NCBI GenBank assembly: GCA_036339735.1
Contig: JAYZAL010000015.1
Location: 1 to 48,290 of the forward strand
DNA from: Candidatus Poribacteria bacterium
GTDB taxonomy: Bacteria; Poribacteria; WGA-4E; UBA9662
Reading direction: 5' to 3'
DNA length: 48,290 bases
In this document: positions 10,005 through 20,900 of the stretch, piece after piece
Layout of the letters: each line of letters begins with the position of its first letter
How positions within the stretch are numbered: position 1 is the first letter of the stretch
Notes under the pieces: generated by a model
Database searches by the model: none
What the model was told of the DNA's origin: nothing
What the model saw: only the letters and a program-made list of their open reading frames with translations
Program-made: the position numbers and the translations under genes

Positions 10005-11180
10005 TTGAGTGTTCATTTGCTCATCATCAATATAATGGTATTTATCCCAAAAAGAGTTCTGGAAAGGCAAGTGGATCCTATACAGATCGATTGGTTTAAG
10101 GAACAGCCAAAAGAGAAACTACGTATCTCTCGCAATAAACCGACACTGGTACAGAGAATAAGAAAACCGGATCAGGATTTAGCGAACCTCGCAAAATTGA
10201 AAATGGCCGAAAGTCCCAAAAACAAAGTGACCGAGGTAGTTAAACTAAAAGATAGGACTATCTTTGAAAACAAAGACCCAAATAGAGCTCCTAGAGCAAA
10301 TGAAATACCGAATTTAATGACAGCAGCTAAGTTGCGTGACGCAGAAGCTTCTAATTTGGAGCACTTGGTCACAAAGTCTGGTGAATTTGGCGGGCGTGGG
10401 AAAGTCACGGGACGAGACCGAATGAAAGGCCAAAGAGACGGAATAGACTTGGTCGATTCTTTTGGGGACTCTACAGATGGCTTGCTTGAAGGAGGTGGAA
10501 ACCCTGGCATTGCAGATCCTCTTGATATTATTGATTTCCTGAATGATTTGGATGGGCCTCAGCGAGTTGCGTTTTGCCTCGATATTTCTGCGAGCATGCA
10601 AGTACCAATTTTTGTTGATGATAAAAGCGCTGTAAGTAAAATTAAGTTAGCCACTAACTCACTTAAGGATGCACTACTCGCTCTAGACGATGATGATGAA
10701 TTTAATCTGATTACTTTTTCATCCAATACAACTCAGATGGAAAGAGAAATGATTCCGAGTTCGATGAAAAAGGTTATGGATGCGATGACTTATTTAGACC
10801 GTTTTACTCCAAATAAAATTCAAGATAACGTTGGAACAAACCTGTTGGCGGCTATTGAAAAAGGGCTAGATCTTGGAGCGTCTGTAGTAGTCGTCGTTAC
10901 AGACGGTTTACCTACTTCATCAAAAAATAAAAGTCAATACATCGAAACTGACCCGAGTAAAATCTTACAAACCGTGAAAAAGAAAAACGAGAACCAGTCG
11001 AGCATATTCTTGGTTGGTCTTGAAATTGATCTCAAGCATACTCCTCACGCTAAATGGCTATTGGACTTAGCACAACAAAACCGTGGGAAAACAAAGTTTA
11101 TCCAAGCTGGGGATGCACAACAGACTGCTGAACGAAAGAACAATTATCCTAGTGTTAATGACAATACTAGCATAAATTAA
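10005..11180 (+). CDS. Membrane-anchored VWA-domain protein (true start probably upstream)
   Basis: MIDAS motif 'LDISASM', 'GTNL', 'VVTDG'. N-terminal hydrophobic SxxxH anchor. Confidence 0.8.
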   Translation: MSVHLLIINIMVFIPKRVLERQVDPIQIDWFKEQPKEKLRISRNKPTLVQRIRKPDQDLANLAKLKMAESPKNKVTEVVKLKDRTIFENKDPNRAPRANEIPNLMTAAKLRDAEASNLEHLVTKSGEFGGRGKVTGRDRMKGQRDGIDLVDSFGDSTDGLLEGGGNPGIADPLDIIDFLNDLDGPQRVAFCLDISASMQVPIFVDDKSAVSKIKLATNSLKDALLALDDDDEFNLITFSSNTTQMEREMIPSSMKKVMDAMTYLDRFTPNKIQDNVGTNLLAAIEKGLDLGASVVVVVTDGLPTSSKNKSQYIETDPSKILQTVKKKNENQSSIFLVGLEIDLKHTPHAKWLLDLAQQNRGKTKFIQAGDAQQTAERKNNYPSVNDNTSIN

Positions 11181-11189
11181 ATCAAACCA

Positions 11190-11675
11190 ATGCCTGTTAA
11201 ACTGATTGCCAAGGTGGCTTCACACCACCTTGCTGATTCTCCAATTTTTGTGATCTTATTTTGCTTAGTTGTCGCCAGTGCTGCGCTGATAGTAACAGTA
11301 GGACCAACGGTAGCTCAACAGCATAGAAAGCGCAAGGAACCGCTAAAGATGTGGTTGAGTTTACAAAACGTTCAAATTGGTATCAATGGCATTAGCGTAG
11401 ATGCAGACCTAATCGTCAAAAATAACAATCAAAAAGTGGTTACACTAGAAGAAATCACTCTCTACTTTACGGAAAACAGTGAAATACACGCTTTAGAAGT
11501 CAGCGTTTATGGGGCAACACTACCATCTGAATTGAAGCCGTATCAAGAATTGGATTTAGGTTTAAACGGATTAGCAGACCGACCACTAATGGAAGGCATA
11601 GAGGCTGAAGCGTGGATTGTTTGTAATATTGATGGGCAATCCATTGAGTCTCGTCATACGCTCTTCACCATGTAA
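11190..11675 (+). CDS. Hypothetical exported or membrane-anchored protein
   Basis: 161-aa ORF starting 9 nt after the VWA gene, with a hydrophobic N-terminal segment and beta-rich remainder. Confidence 0.6.
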   Translation: MPVKLIAKVASHHLADSPIFVILFCLVVASAALIVTVGPTVAQQHRKRKEPLKMWLSLQNVQIGINGISVDADLIVKNNNQKVVTLEEITLYFTENSEIHALEVSVYGATLPSELKPYQELDLGLNGLADRPLMEGIEAEAWIVCNIDGQSIESRHTLFTM

Positions 11676-11943
11676 GATAGAAACTGAGTTTATATAGTCG
11701 ATACATTTGCAAATAGAGACGCTTGACCTGCCCACTTATATTTTCCGCATACGGGTGTATTGCTTGATCATGAAGATATACTTGGCCTAGGTGTGAATCT
11801 TCAAAGCCTTGTTTTTAATGTTTAATCACAGCTGAGTGTTTCTTACTAGCCTTCATAATAACTTCACCTAGTTGGTATTATCGTATTGTTCATAAGATCG
11901 ATGATTTTTACTGACTTCTCAGTTTAAACAATCAAAGTTTATA

Positions 11944-14900
11944 ATGCTTTTTACAACCAACCAGAAGAAGGCGCACGACTTTAGCCGCCACATCAGTCTT
12001 AGTTCTGGAGCTGGTTCTGGAAAGACGGCGGTATTAGTTAGTCGATATTTGCGTGTCTTATTGGAGACATCGGCAAAAACATCGAATATTGTTGCTATTA
12101 CCTTTACCGAAAAATCAGCAGCAGAACTCAAAAACCGGATCAAACATCAGATTGATAGCTATTTGGCTGAAGGCTTGGCGCCGATTGGCTTAGAACAGAT
12201 AAAATCAGAAATAAATCAGTCAAACATTTCAACTATCCATTCATTTTGTTCTCGTATACTACAAGAGTTCCCTACTGAGTCGGGTGTACCCGTTGGTTTT
12301 ACTGTAATTGAACCTTTTGAACAGCGAAAAATGTTGAGTGAGGCCATTCAAACTCGAATGGCTGAAATAGCAGAGGATTCAAAAAAGAATCACAATCGTA
12401 AGGATTTGGCTGTACTGCTTCGGAATTTGGGTCGTTCAAAATTAGAAACCATGCTTCTGCGCTGCTTTGAACAATTAAACATCATGGGGCAGATCATCAA
12501 TCTCTACGAGACTTGCCCAGATGACAGTCAAATTATCGAGCGATGGCAAACTGCAATAGACAATGAAATTTTCTGTCAAGTTGACATACAAAAATTTATT
12601 GACGATTTAGAACAATTAACAAAATATACAACTGGCAAAAAAGCTAACCGAGTAAAAGAGATTATCTCAGAATTGTCATTAGATACTAGGTTGAGGTTAG
12701 AACAACTTCGTACTGCCAGCCACTCTATATTGACTAGATCCGGTAGTATTTCCAAACGAGATTTTTTAGGAGTAGCTGCCCAAAACAGTGAATTAGAGCT
12801 TTTGATTGAACAAGTGGAAGTTGCAGCTAAAGTCATCAACATGTTGTCTTGTACCAATGAAACTGATCAGTTTTTGATAAAAATCATTCGTTCTTTGCTT
12901 AATCTTTTCCGGCAGACTGAGTTTCAATATGAACTTCAGAAAAAACAAAAGTACTCGCTGGATTTCTCTGATTTACAAATTTACTTTCGCAATCTCCTGA
13001 GAAATAACCGCTCGATTCGAAAACAATTGCAGCAGCGTTACCAATACATTATGGTCGATGAATATCAGGATACTAACCAAATTCAGTTTGAGATATTGGG
13101 TCTACTTTCAGATAACTTTCAGTCAGGTAATTTATTCATAGTTGGGGACCCTAAACAAAGTATCTATGGGTTTCGAGGTGCCGACGTCAGCGTGTTCAAT
13201 CAAACCACCGGGGCTTTGGGTGATTTTCAAAAAAAGCTCAACCGTAATTTCGTATGGCGTGATTTGCAATCAGTTACCACACAATATTTACCTGCCACCA
13301 AAAAGGAAAAATCTGGCCAATTGTCTTTAGTTGACAACTTTCGATTAACTCGGAATTTGGTTGGGTTTGTTAATTTGGTCTTTTCCTATCTGATGAAGGG
13401 GCATCCAGAAATGCCTTATCAGCCACTTGTTTGGGGACGAAAGAGTAGCTTAGAAGGGAAAATTGAGGTGTTAATCGGAGCTAACAAACGAAATGAAGAT
13501 GAAGCTGAAATACTAGACGAGAACCGATTAATTGCAAGGCGAATCCGTCATTTAATTGCTACAGGAATACTCGTTGCACAAGAGAGGGCAGACCGAGATT
13601 GTCGTCAGCCAATCGGTTACAAAGATATCGCCATTATTATTCGGAGCCGTACTCATCTACCTGATATTGAAAATGCCTTGTTAGAAGAATCTGTACCCTA
13701 TCAGATCACCGGTGGCATCGGATTTTATCAACGGCAAGAGATATATGACCTAGTCAATTATCTTCATTTTCTAGAAGACCCAACTAATAGCTTGGCTTTG
13801 GTCGGCATTTTGCGTTCTCCATTTTTTGGTTTGTCTGATGGGGACTTGTTTTCTATCTCACAGGTTGAAAATGTAGAGGAATTTTGGAACAAGTTTCTAG
13901 TTTACCAATCTGAAATTGCTTCTTCTAATACCCTTAACTATGTTTCCAAGATCCTAAAGAGCCACCTATCTATTTGTCATCGAGTACCAATATCTACCTT
14001 AATACGCAGAATTGTCAATGAAACGGGAATGATTGGTGTTTTATCAGTTGGCAGGCAAGGTCAGCAAAAATGGGCGAACTACCAGAAATTACTACAAATC
14101 GCACGTGAGTTTGATAAAAATGACAATGCCAGTTTATCCAGCTTTTTGCACCAATTAGACTTACTAATGGATACGGAAAACCAAGAAGAACAGGCCAAAA
14201 CAGACAATGAATTGGACCGAGTGCAGATTATGACTATTCATGCTTCCAAAGGATTAGAGTTCCCTGTGGTTTTTTTACCACATCTGAGCCGCCGACTTCG
14301 ACCAGAAAATGAACCCTACTTTCATGCGGAATACGGTATTGGTTTTGACGTTTCCAGTAAAGATAGTAAAAGTGAATTTTACTCAGAAGATAATTTAACC
14401 CCAGCGATTTTGAATTTGATGAAAAAGAAAGCAACTGCTAGAATGATTGCGGAAGAAAAAAGGCTTTTTTATGTGGCTGTGACTCGTGCTAGGGATAGGC
14501 TGATTTTAGCAGGTACATCTCAGAAAAATTCTAATTCGCTTAACTATTTGAATTGGCTTTTTGATGCTCTCGACCTGCACGAGACACCAACTGATTTTAC
14601 AAAGGTTTGGCCAGTTACTGTAACCGACCTTGAAGGCAGAGATCATCAGTTTGAACTACCTATTCAATTCACAAAACACATCGATTTGGAGACGACAAAC
14701 CCAGAAACCGGATTAGTACATACGTTAGTTGATTTAACTCAGAGCGAAATCGATCTAGAACCTGTTGTAACAGAATCTGAAGAACGGTTTTACACTGTTT
14801 CTGCACTAGCAACTTTAGCTCAATGCGAAACCAAATTTTATTTGCGGCATCATGTAATCGGTTCTGATTTGACTGATTTTTCGGTTGATTCAGCGAATAT

Positions 14901-15498
14901 TTTAAAAAATGAAACCGGTTTCGAAAATCAAGTACAAAAAGCATTCTCACAACTACGAAGCTTAAGAGATATTGAGATTTTACAAAATCAGTTGCCCTCC
15001 AATGTCTGGTTACATCTCGAAACATTTACTAAGTCGGAAATTGGTAAGGCCGTCCTAGACGCTCAAAATGCCAAGACTAAAATGCCAATTCAGGCAAAAA
15101 TCGGTTCGTACATTGTCCATGGAATGTTCGATCGGCTATATAAAAAGACCAACGGTTTTTGGTCGATAATACAATACAAAATAGATGCCTTAGAGTTAGC
15201 TCCTGATCTGAGTGAGTCAATAGATCATTTATGCTATAATCAGCTTCAAATGGAGCTGTACGCAATCTGCTTACATAAGCTATATCCCGAACAACATAAC
15301 GTATCTACTACCCTATTCTTCACGAAAACAGGTGAAGTGGAAGTGAAAAATTTTTCTCAACTTCAATTGAAAAATCTCGAAAAAAAATGGGTTTGTCATA
15401 TAGACCAACTTGATTTTTCTGATCTTAACCAAAATCATAATCATTGTCCAAATTGCCCTTACCATCTTTCCGGAAATTGTCTTATGAATTCGATATAA
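11944..15498 (+). CDS. UvrD/AddA-like ATP-dependent helicase with C-terminal RecB-family nuclease domain
   Basis: SF1 motifs 'SGAGSGKT', 'ITFTEKSAAEL', 'STIHSF', 'VDEYQD', 'VGDPKQSIYGFRGAD', 'MTIHASKGLEF', 'EEKRLFYVAVTRA'. C-terminal 'GMFDRL ... IIQYK ... QMELY' and four Cys. Confidence 0.9.
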   Translation: MLFTTNQKKAHDFSRHISLSSGAGSGKTAVLVSRYLRVLLETSAKTSNIVAITFTEKSAAELKNRIKHQIDSYLAEGLAPIGLEQIKSEINQSNISTIHSFCSRILQEFPTESGVPVGFTVIEPFEQRKMLSEAIQTRMAEIAEDSKKNHNRKDLAVLLRNLGRSKLETMLLRCFEQLNIMGQIINLYETCPDDSQIIERWQTAIDNEIFCQVDIQKFIDDLEQLTKYTTGKKANRVKEIISELSLDTRLRLEQLRTASHSILTRSGSISKRDFLGVAAQNSELELLIEQVEVAAKVINMLSCTNETDQFLIKIIRSLLNLFRQTEFQYELQKKQKYSLDFSDLQIYFRNLLRNNRSIRKQLQQRYQYIMVDEYQDTNQIQFEILGLLSDNFQSGNLFIVGDPKQSIYGFRGADVSVFNQTTGALGDFQKKLNRNFVWRDLQSVTTQYLPATKKEKSGQLSLVDNFRLTRNLVGFVNLVFSYLMKGHPEMPYQPLVWGRKSSLEGKIEVLIGANKRNEDEAEILDENRLIARRIRHLIATGILVAQERADRDCRQPIGYKDIAIIIRSRTHLPDIENALLEESVPYQITGGIGFYQRQEIYDLVNYLHFLEDPTNSLALVGILRSPFFGLSDGDLFSISQVENVEEFWNKFLVYQSEIASSNTLNYVSKILKSHLSICHRVPISTLIRRIVNETGMIGVLSVGRQGQQKWANYQKLLQIAREFDKNDNASLSSFLHQLDLLMDTENQEEQAKTDNELDRVQIMTIHASKGLEFPVVFLPHLSRRLRPENEPYFHAEYGIGFDVSSKDSKSEFYSEDNLTPAILNLMKKKATARMIAEEKRLFYVAVTRARDRLILAGTSQKNSNSLNYLNWLFDALDLHETPTDFTKVWPVTVTDLEGRDHQFELPIQFTKHIDLETTNPETGLVHTLVDLTQSEIDLEPVVTESEERFYTVSALATLAQCETKFYLRHHVIGSDLTDFSVDSANILKNETGFENQVQKAFSQLRSLRDIEILQNQLPSNVWLHLETFTKSEIGKAVLDAQNAKTKMPIQAKIGSYIVHGMFDRLYKKTNGFWSIIQYKIDALELAPDLSESIDHLCYNQLQMELYAICLHKLYPEQHNVSTTLFFTKTGEVEVKNFSQLQLKNLEKKWVCHIDQLDFSDLNQNHNHCPNCPYHLSGNCLMNSI

Positions 15499-15529
15499 TC
15501 AGTATGAGACTGCCGATTAAAAGATCGTA

Positions 15530-16960
15530 GTGATAAAAAACAAATTCGTTCAAGTTTGCTTTTTTGGATTCATCAGTTTAGCGTTTTCTGTTTTTTTAGC
15601 AGCCGAAAATGACCTGTTTCAGGAAGCTAAACTAGCATTAGCTAACAAGGATTTGAACCGAGCCTTTGGTATTTACAAGTCTATTTTAGATAAAGATGCT
15701 ACCTCGGCTAAAGCCATTCGTGGTCTAGGGTTAACACTATGGATGGATGGCCGAAACGAAGAAGCGATCATCTGTTACAAAAGGGCCATCGAAATTGATC
15801 CTGACTTTATTTCTGCGTATGCTGATTTAAGCGTTATTTTATCTGACCAAAATCTGCATCAGAAAGCTATCGAGTATGCGCGACGTGCCAGCCGACTGTT
15901 TCCAAAAGACACACCTCTCCAATTAAACTATGCTGATATTTTATGGCATGCTGAATGCTACGATCAAGCAGCTGATCAATATCGGAGTATCTTGGTAGAA
16001 CTACCTAATCACCTATCAGCTAACGTTGGATTGGCTAGTAGTCTAATTGCCATCGGTAAACTTAACTCAGCTTTACCCCCTATTGCAAAAGTCGTCAGTA
16101 TTGATCCAAAACACATAATAGCTCGTTACAATAGGGCAGTTGTATATGTTAAACAAGGCAAAACCGAGTTAGCAATTAAAGATCTTAAATTCATTTTAAG
16201 ACAGGAACCTAAACACGCCAATGCTCAATTTGAGCTTGGGTTTGCTTATCAACAAGAGAAACAATTTGAGCTGGCGGTTACTACCTACCGAGAAGCTTTA
16301 ACAAATAACCCAGATGACTCAACGATTTATTACAATTTAGCCCAATGTTACGCCCGAATGGGACAAAAGGGACAAGCTAAAGCTGCATACCAGAAAGCTA
16401 AACAACTACAAGAACTGCAGCAAGAATTATCCGAAACACAGGCTTATTTGGAAAAACACCCGAACGAGCCTAAGGGTTATTTGTACCTGGGGGACCTCTA
16501 CGTTAGATACAACAAAACTGAACTCGCCCAAAAATCATATGAAAAAGCCTTACAAGTCTCCGCTGATTTTTTACCGGCTTACAGTCGGCTCGCTGATTTT
16601 TATATCCAACAAAAACTTTTGCACAAAGCAACTAAGGTTTATCAAAAAGCCATTGAACACTTCCCAAAAGCTATTGAGATACGAGTAATGCTGGGCTTAT
16701 TACACAAGGAACAAAAAAACTTTGAGGTTGCAAGTAAACATCTGAAGATTGCTGAGAAAACAGCGACTGATCGAGTTGAGGCCAGGGGACAAGCTGAAGA
16801 CGTAGAACAGTTATCTTTCGTTTACTACGCACAAGGTCGATATGATGAAGCGGAATCATTATTGGTTAGCTTGCTAACCTCTGAACCAGAAAACAAAAAA
16901 TATCTGGACCAACTCAAAACTGTTCGTTCAGCAAATACTCAGCCAAAAGATATTGATTAG
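15530..16960 (+). CDS. Exported tetratricopeptide-repeat protein
   Basis: Signal-peptide-like N-terminus and many 34-aa TPR patterns, e.g. 'AIICYKRAIEIDP' and 'YREALTNNP'. Confidence 0.85.
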   Translation: MIKNKFVQVCFFGFISLAFSVFLAAENDLFQEAKLALANKDLNRAFGIYKSILDKDATSAKAIRGLGLTLWMDGRNEEAIICYKRAIEIDPDFISAYADLSVILSDQNLHQKAIEYARRASRLFPKDTPLQLNYADILWHAECYDQAADQYRSILVELPNHLSANVGLASSLIAIGKLNSALPPIAKVVSIDPKHIIARYNRAVVYVKQGKTELAIKDLKFILRQEPKHANAQFELGFAYQQEKQFELAVTTYREALTNNPDDSTIYYNLAQCYARMGQKGQAKAAYQKAKQLQELQQELSETQAYLEKHPNEPKGYLYLGDLYVRYNKTELAQKSYEKALQVSADFLPAYSRLADFYIQQKLLHKATKVYQKAIEHFPKAIEIRVMLGLLHKEQKNFEVASKHLKIAEKTATDRVEARGQAEDVEQLSFVYYAQGRYDEAESLLVSLLTSEPENKKYLDQLKTVRSANTQPKDID

Positions 16961-17021
16961 CGTAGCCTCTCTTGTTATGAATGCTGGATCTAGATAACTA
17001 TACGTCATTAAAGGAGAAAAA

Positions 17022-17933
17022 ATGAGCACTAATGGGTTTACCCTAAGGGATGAACAAAATCAATATATCGACATTCTACAAGATGATACGATTGTCAGTC
17101 GATACATGTACGCATACGATAATTCAACTAAAGAACGTTTACAACAGACTTATAAGCCTTATCTTCATGTATTCAACACAGAGGGTACAGCACCAATTAC
17201 CAAAGGAGCTGGTGGACATTTCACTCATCATCGTGGTATTTTCATCGGCTGGAACAAAATTGAGTATAAGAACCAATCTTATGACCGCTGGCACATGACA
17301 GATGGAGAGATTATTCATCGTAAATTCGCTGAGAAAACAGCAACGCAAGATTCTGCTATTTTAATCTCAAATACCGACTGGAATGACGAAAAGCAACAGC
17401 CTATTCTTCGAGAAGATCGACATATGACTTTTAGTCAACCATCTGAGGATGACTTTCGACTGCAGATCGATTTCCAGTCCAAACTAACAGCCGTAGCCGG
17501 GAACCTAGTTTTAAATGGGGATCCAGAACATGCTGGAGTACAGTACCGACCTGCAGACGAGTTAATATTAGAAGATACGACCTACACCTTCCCTCAAGTG
17601 AAGGCCGACCCGAGAGTAGATATCGATTATCCATGGGTTTCCGAAACCTATACACTGAATGGGAAAAGGTATACAATTGTTCAGCTTAATCACCTAGGTA
17701 ACCCTAAAGAAACAAAATTCTCGGCCTACCGAGATTACGGACGATTTGGAGCTTTCTTTGTTTCCCCTATAGCAGATGGAGCGACTCTTACTATTAATTA
17801 CCGATTCCTAATTGGTGAAGGCGAATTGAATTCTATAGATCAGGTACAAGCTAACTGGGATCAATTCGTTGGTTGTTCAAAACCTTCTGATATTCCACCT
17901 GTAACCATAAGTGGTGGCGGTCGGAAGTCGTAA
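17022..17933 (+). CDS. DUF6807 / 'PmoA-like' family soluble protein of unknown function
   Basis: 'KPYLH', 'HHRGIFIGW', 'RDYGRFG'. Strong AAGGAG RBS. Confidence 0.7.
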   Translation: MSTNGFTLRDEQNQYIDILQDDTIVSRYMYAYDNSTKERLQQTYKPYLHVFNTEGTAPITKGAGGHFTHHRGIFIGWNKIEYKNQSYDRWHMTDGEIIHRKFAEKTATQDSAILISNTDWNDEKQQPILREDRHMTFSQPSEDDFRLQIDFQSKLTAVAGNLVLNGDPEHAGVQYRPADELILEDTTYTFPQVKADPRVDIDYPWVSETYTLNGKRYTIVQLNHLGNPKETKFSAYRDYGRFGAFFVSPIADGATLTINYRFLIGEGELNSIDQVQANWDQFVGCSKPSDIPPVTISGGGRKS

Positions 17934-20900
17934 TAAGAACATCAGGTCCTATTCCATCGTGTCAAACCATAAATTACTCTCAACTTCGACTCGTCGCCTG
18001 AGTCTATTTGGAGTTATCTTCTTCTTTTCTGGTGCTAGCGGATTAATATATCAGGTCACTTGGGCCAGGCAATTACAACTAATATTCGGTAGTACTATTT
18101 TTGCCACCAGCGCAATATTAACAACCTTTATGGCTGGACTAGCCTTGGGAAGTTATCTTCTTGGCCGAATAGTGGACCGGTTGGGTAGGCCACTTCGGAT
18201 TTATGCTGTGTTGGAATGTGGAATTGCCATTTTTGCTCTGTTGTCCCCCTTTTTCTTGGATTTACTTAAAGCAATTTATATTTTGATTTACCGAAATTTA
18301 TCGGTGAATTTTTACTCTTTGACAGTTATCCGATTGATACTTTCTTTCGTTGTTTTACTGGTCCCCACAACCTTGATGGGTGGAACTCTTCCTGTTGTTA
18401 GTAAATTTGTTGTAGATCAAATTCAGAAAAGAGGACGTAGAGTTGGTCTGTTTTATGCGCTCAATACCTTTGGGGCTGTGATAGGTACTATCGCCACGGG
18501 CTTTTTCCTTATTCGATACTTCGGGGTTGTTGAAACTATAATTTTTAGTGCTTTTATTAATCTATTATTGGCAGTGCTCTCTTTTTGGCTTGATTTACGA
18601 TGGGAATTTAGCAATGAGGCAATAATAACTGCCATATCAGATCTTCAAGAGTCAGTGTCCAACGAACCATTGAAGACTGAGGGGGGAGCCAAGCTTAATC
18701 ACAAATTGTTACCAGTTTTACCACCAGCAGGGTTGCTAGCATTTGGCATTTCAGGTTTTTGTGCACTATCTTACGAAGTACTTTGGACTAGAATACTAGT
18801 ATTTTTTCTCGGAAGTACGACCTATGCCTTTTCGACGATGTTAGCAGCATTTCTATTTGGAATTGGTTTTGGAAGTCTGGTTTTTGCTTGGTTATCCGAT
18901 CAAATTGACTCTAAGAATGATTTGCAATCTAATTTGAGTCTTTTTTCTCTGATGCAAGTTGGCATTGGTCTCTCTAGTATTGTTTTACTACCTGTATTTG
19001 GCCGTTTATTTGAGATTAATCAGGCTTTCCAGCTACTGCCTGGTACACGTTTTTGGACTTTCATAGCTTGCCTGATAGTTATGTTGATCCCAACCACCCT
19101 GATGGGGGGGTGTTTCCCCGTCGTGACACGTATCTATACTTCGACCAAATCAGCACTTGGGCGAGATGTGGGGCAGGTTTATATGGTCAACACGGTAGGT
19201 TCCATTCTAGGTGCCTTGATAGGTGGTTATATCCTAATCCCTCTACTTGGTATTCAACGCAGTATCGGTTTGATTTCCTTGCTAAATATTGGTGTTGGAT
19301 GTTGGATAATTTTACCTATACCGAATTATCCTGGGTCGATTGCTCAATCGTTTAAAAAAGGATTAGCTATTTGTGGCTCAATAGTGACTATAGTTGTGGT
19401 CATTCTGTCCGTAGGCTGGTCTGTTACGCCTTTATTCCTGAAAAGTGCAATCTTTAAGATTCAAAGGCCAGGAGATGACCTAGTAGCTTATCAAGAGGAA
19501 GTTGATGCCAGTATTACTACCCTGAAAGATGATGAAGGAGTGTATCGGCTTTATGTAGATACTAACCAAGCCGCGGATGCTTCGCGCTGGGACTCACCTT
19601 CACACCGAGTAATTGCTCATCTTCCTTTATTACTTCACCCTAACCCGAAAAAAGCGTTGGTAGTTGGTTTTGGAATGGGTGTGACATCCCATTCAATCAT
19701 TCAACACGGAGTTGCGGTGGATGCTGTTGAAATTTCTCAGGGCGTGATTGAAGCATCTCAACAGCATTTCACTCATGTCAATCAAAATGTAATCGAACAT
19801 CCACTTTTCAATTACTTTATAAACGATGGTCGTAACTACATTCTAATGACGGAAGAGAAGTACGATATGATATCGACTGGAATCATACACCCACTTGTTA
19901 GTGCTGGGAGTTCCAATATTTATACCGAAGATTTTTACCGACTGTGTAAGAAGATTCTCACCCCTGAGGGTATTATGTGCCAATGGGTTCCGCTACACCG
20001 AGTTCCAGTGGACCATTATAAAATGATAGTTCGTACATTTTTGAATGTTTTCCCTCACACTACCATCTGGTACAAATACACGCCTGATTTTGTTATCTTG
20101 ATTGGTACACCCAATAAACTGCGGATTAACTTCAACGATTTTATGTCTCGTGCACAAATTCCTAGTATTCAAGCAGGCCTTCATCATGACGATTTGGATG
20201 GGTGGTCTCTCCTTGATTCATTTATGATGGGAGAAGAAGCCGCTCGATCGTATGTCGGTCAGGGACTAATTCATACAGATAACCATCCTCACCTAGAGTT
20301 TTTTAGCGGGCAGTCGATTGTTAATACAACTCACCAAAATGTATCAACAATGGCTCCTTATAGAGAAAAAGTTTCGTCAATTCTGGTCAACTATGGATCT
20401 ACTTTAGAAGAAAAAAAACGGGTGAGAAATACACTGAAATCTTACTTTTCTGCAACCCAAGACTTAATTAGTGGACATATTTCTTATGCTAAAGGTGAGC
20501 TAACACGTGCAGCTGAACTTATGAACCAAGCTGTAATTGGAAACCCTAGAGACATGACAATTCGATACAATCTTGGGGTGGCAATCGGCTTAGTAAGGGA
20601 AAATGCACAAACTGAGTTTGCTGAGTTGGAAGCCGAAGCACGACTTGCCATTCAGGAAAATTCTAAGGACCCACAAAATCACTTTCAGTTAGCAGTCAGT
20701 TTAGAAGCACAAGGCAAATTAGATGAATCTGCTCAAACGATGGAACAAGCCTTAAAATTAGCCCCAAATCGAATTGATTTCTATATTTTTTTGGGTCCAC
20801 TTTATGAGCGATTAGAAAGATTCGATCAAGCATTGAGGACTTACAAAAGAATGGAATCTGTAGAAGCAGACCTACCAGCTGAAATTTTTGCTGTTATAGC

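Noticed and set aside
14790-15498. Cas4-like domain implying CRISPR-Cas
   Set aside because: It is fused to an SF1 helicase as in AddA/AdnB. No cas1 or repeat-spacer array was seen in the window.
17022-17933. 'PmoA' family label implying methane monooxygenase
   Set aside because: The protein is soluble with no TM helices, and there is no pmoB or pmoC. The family name is misleading.
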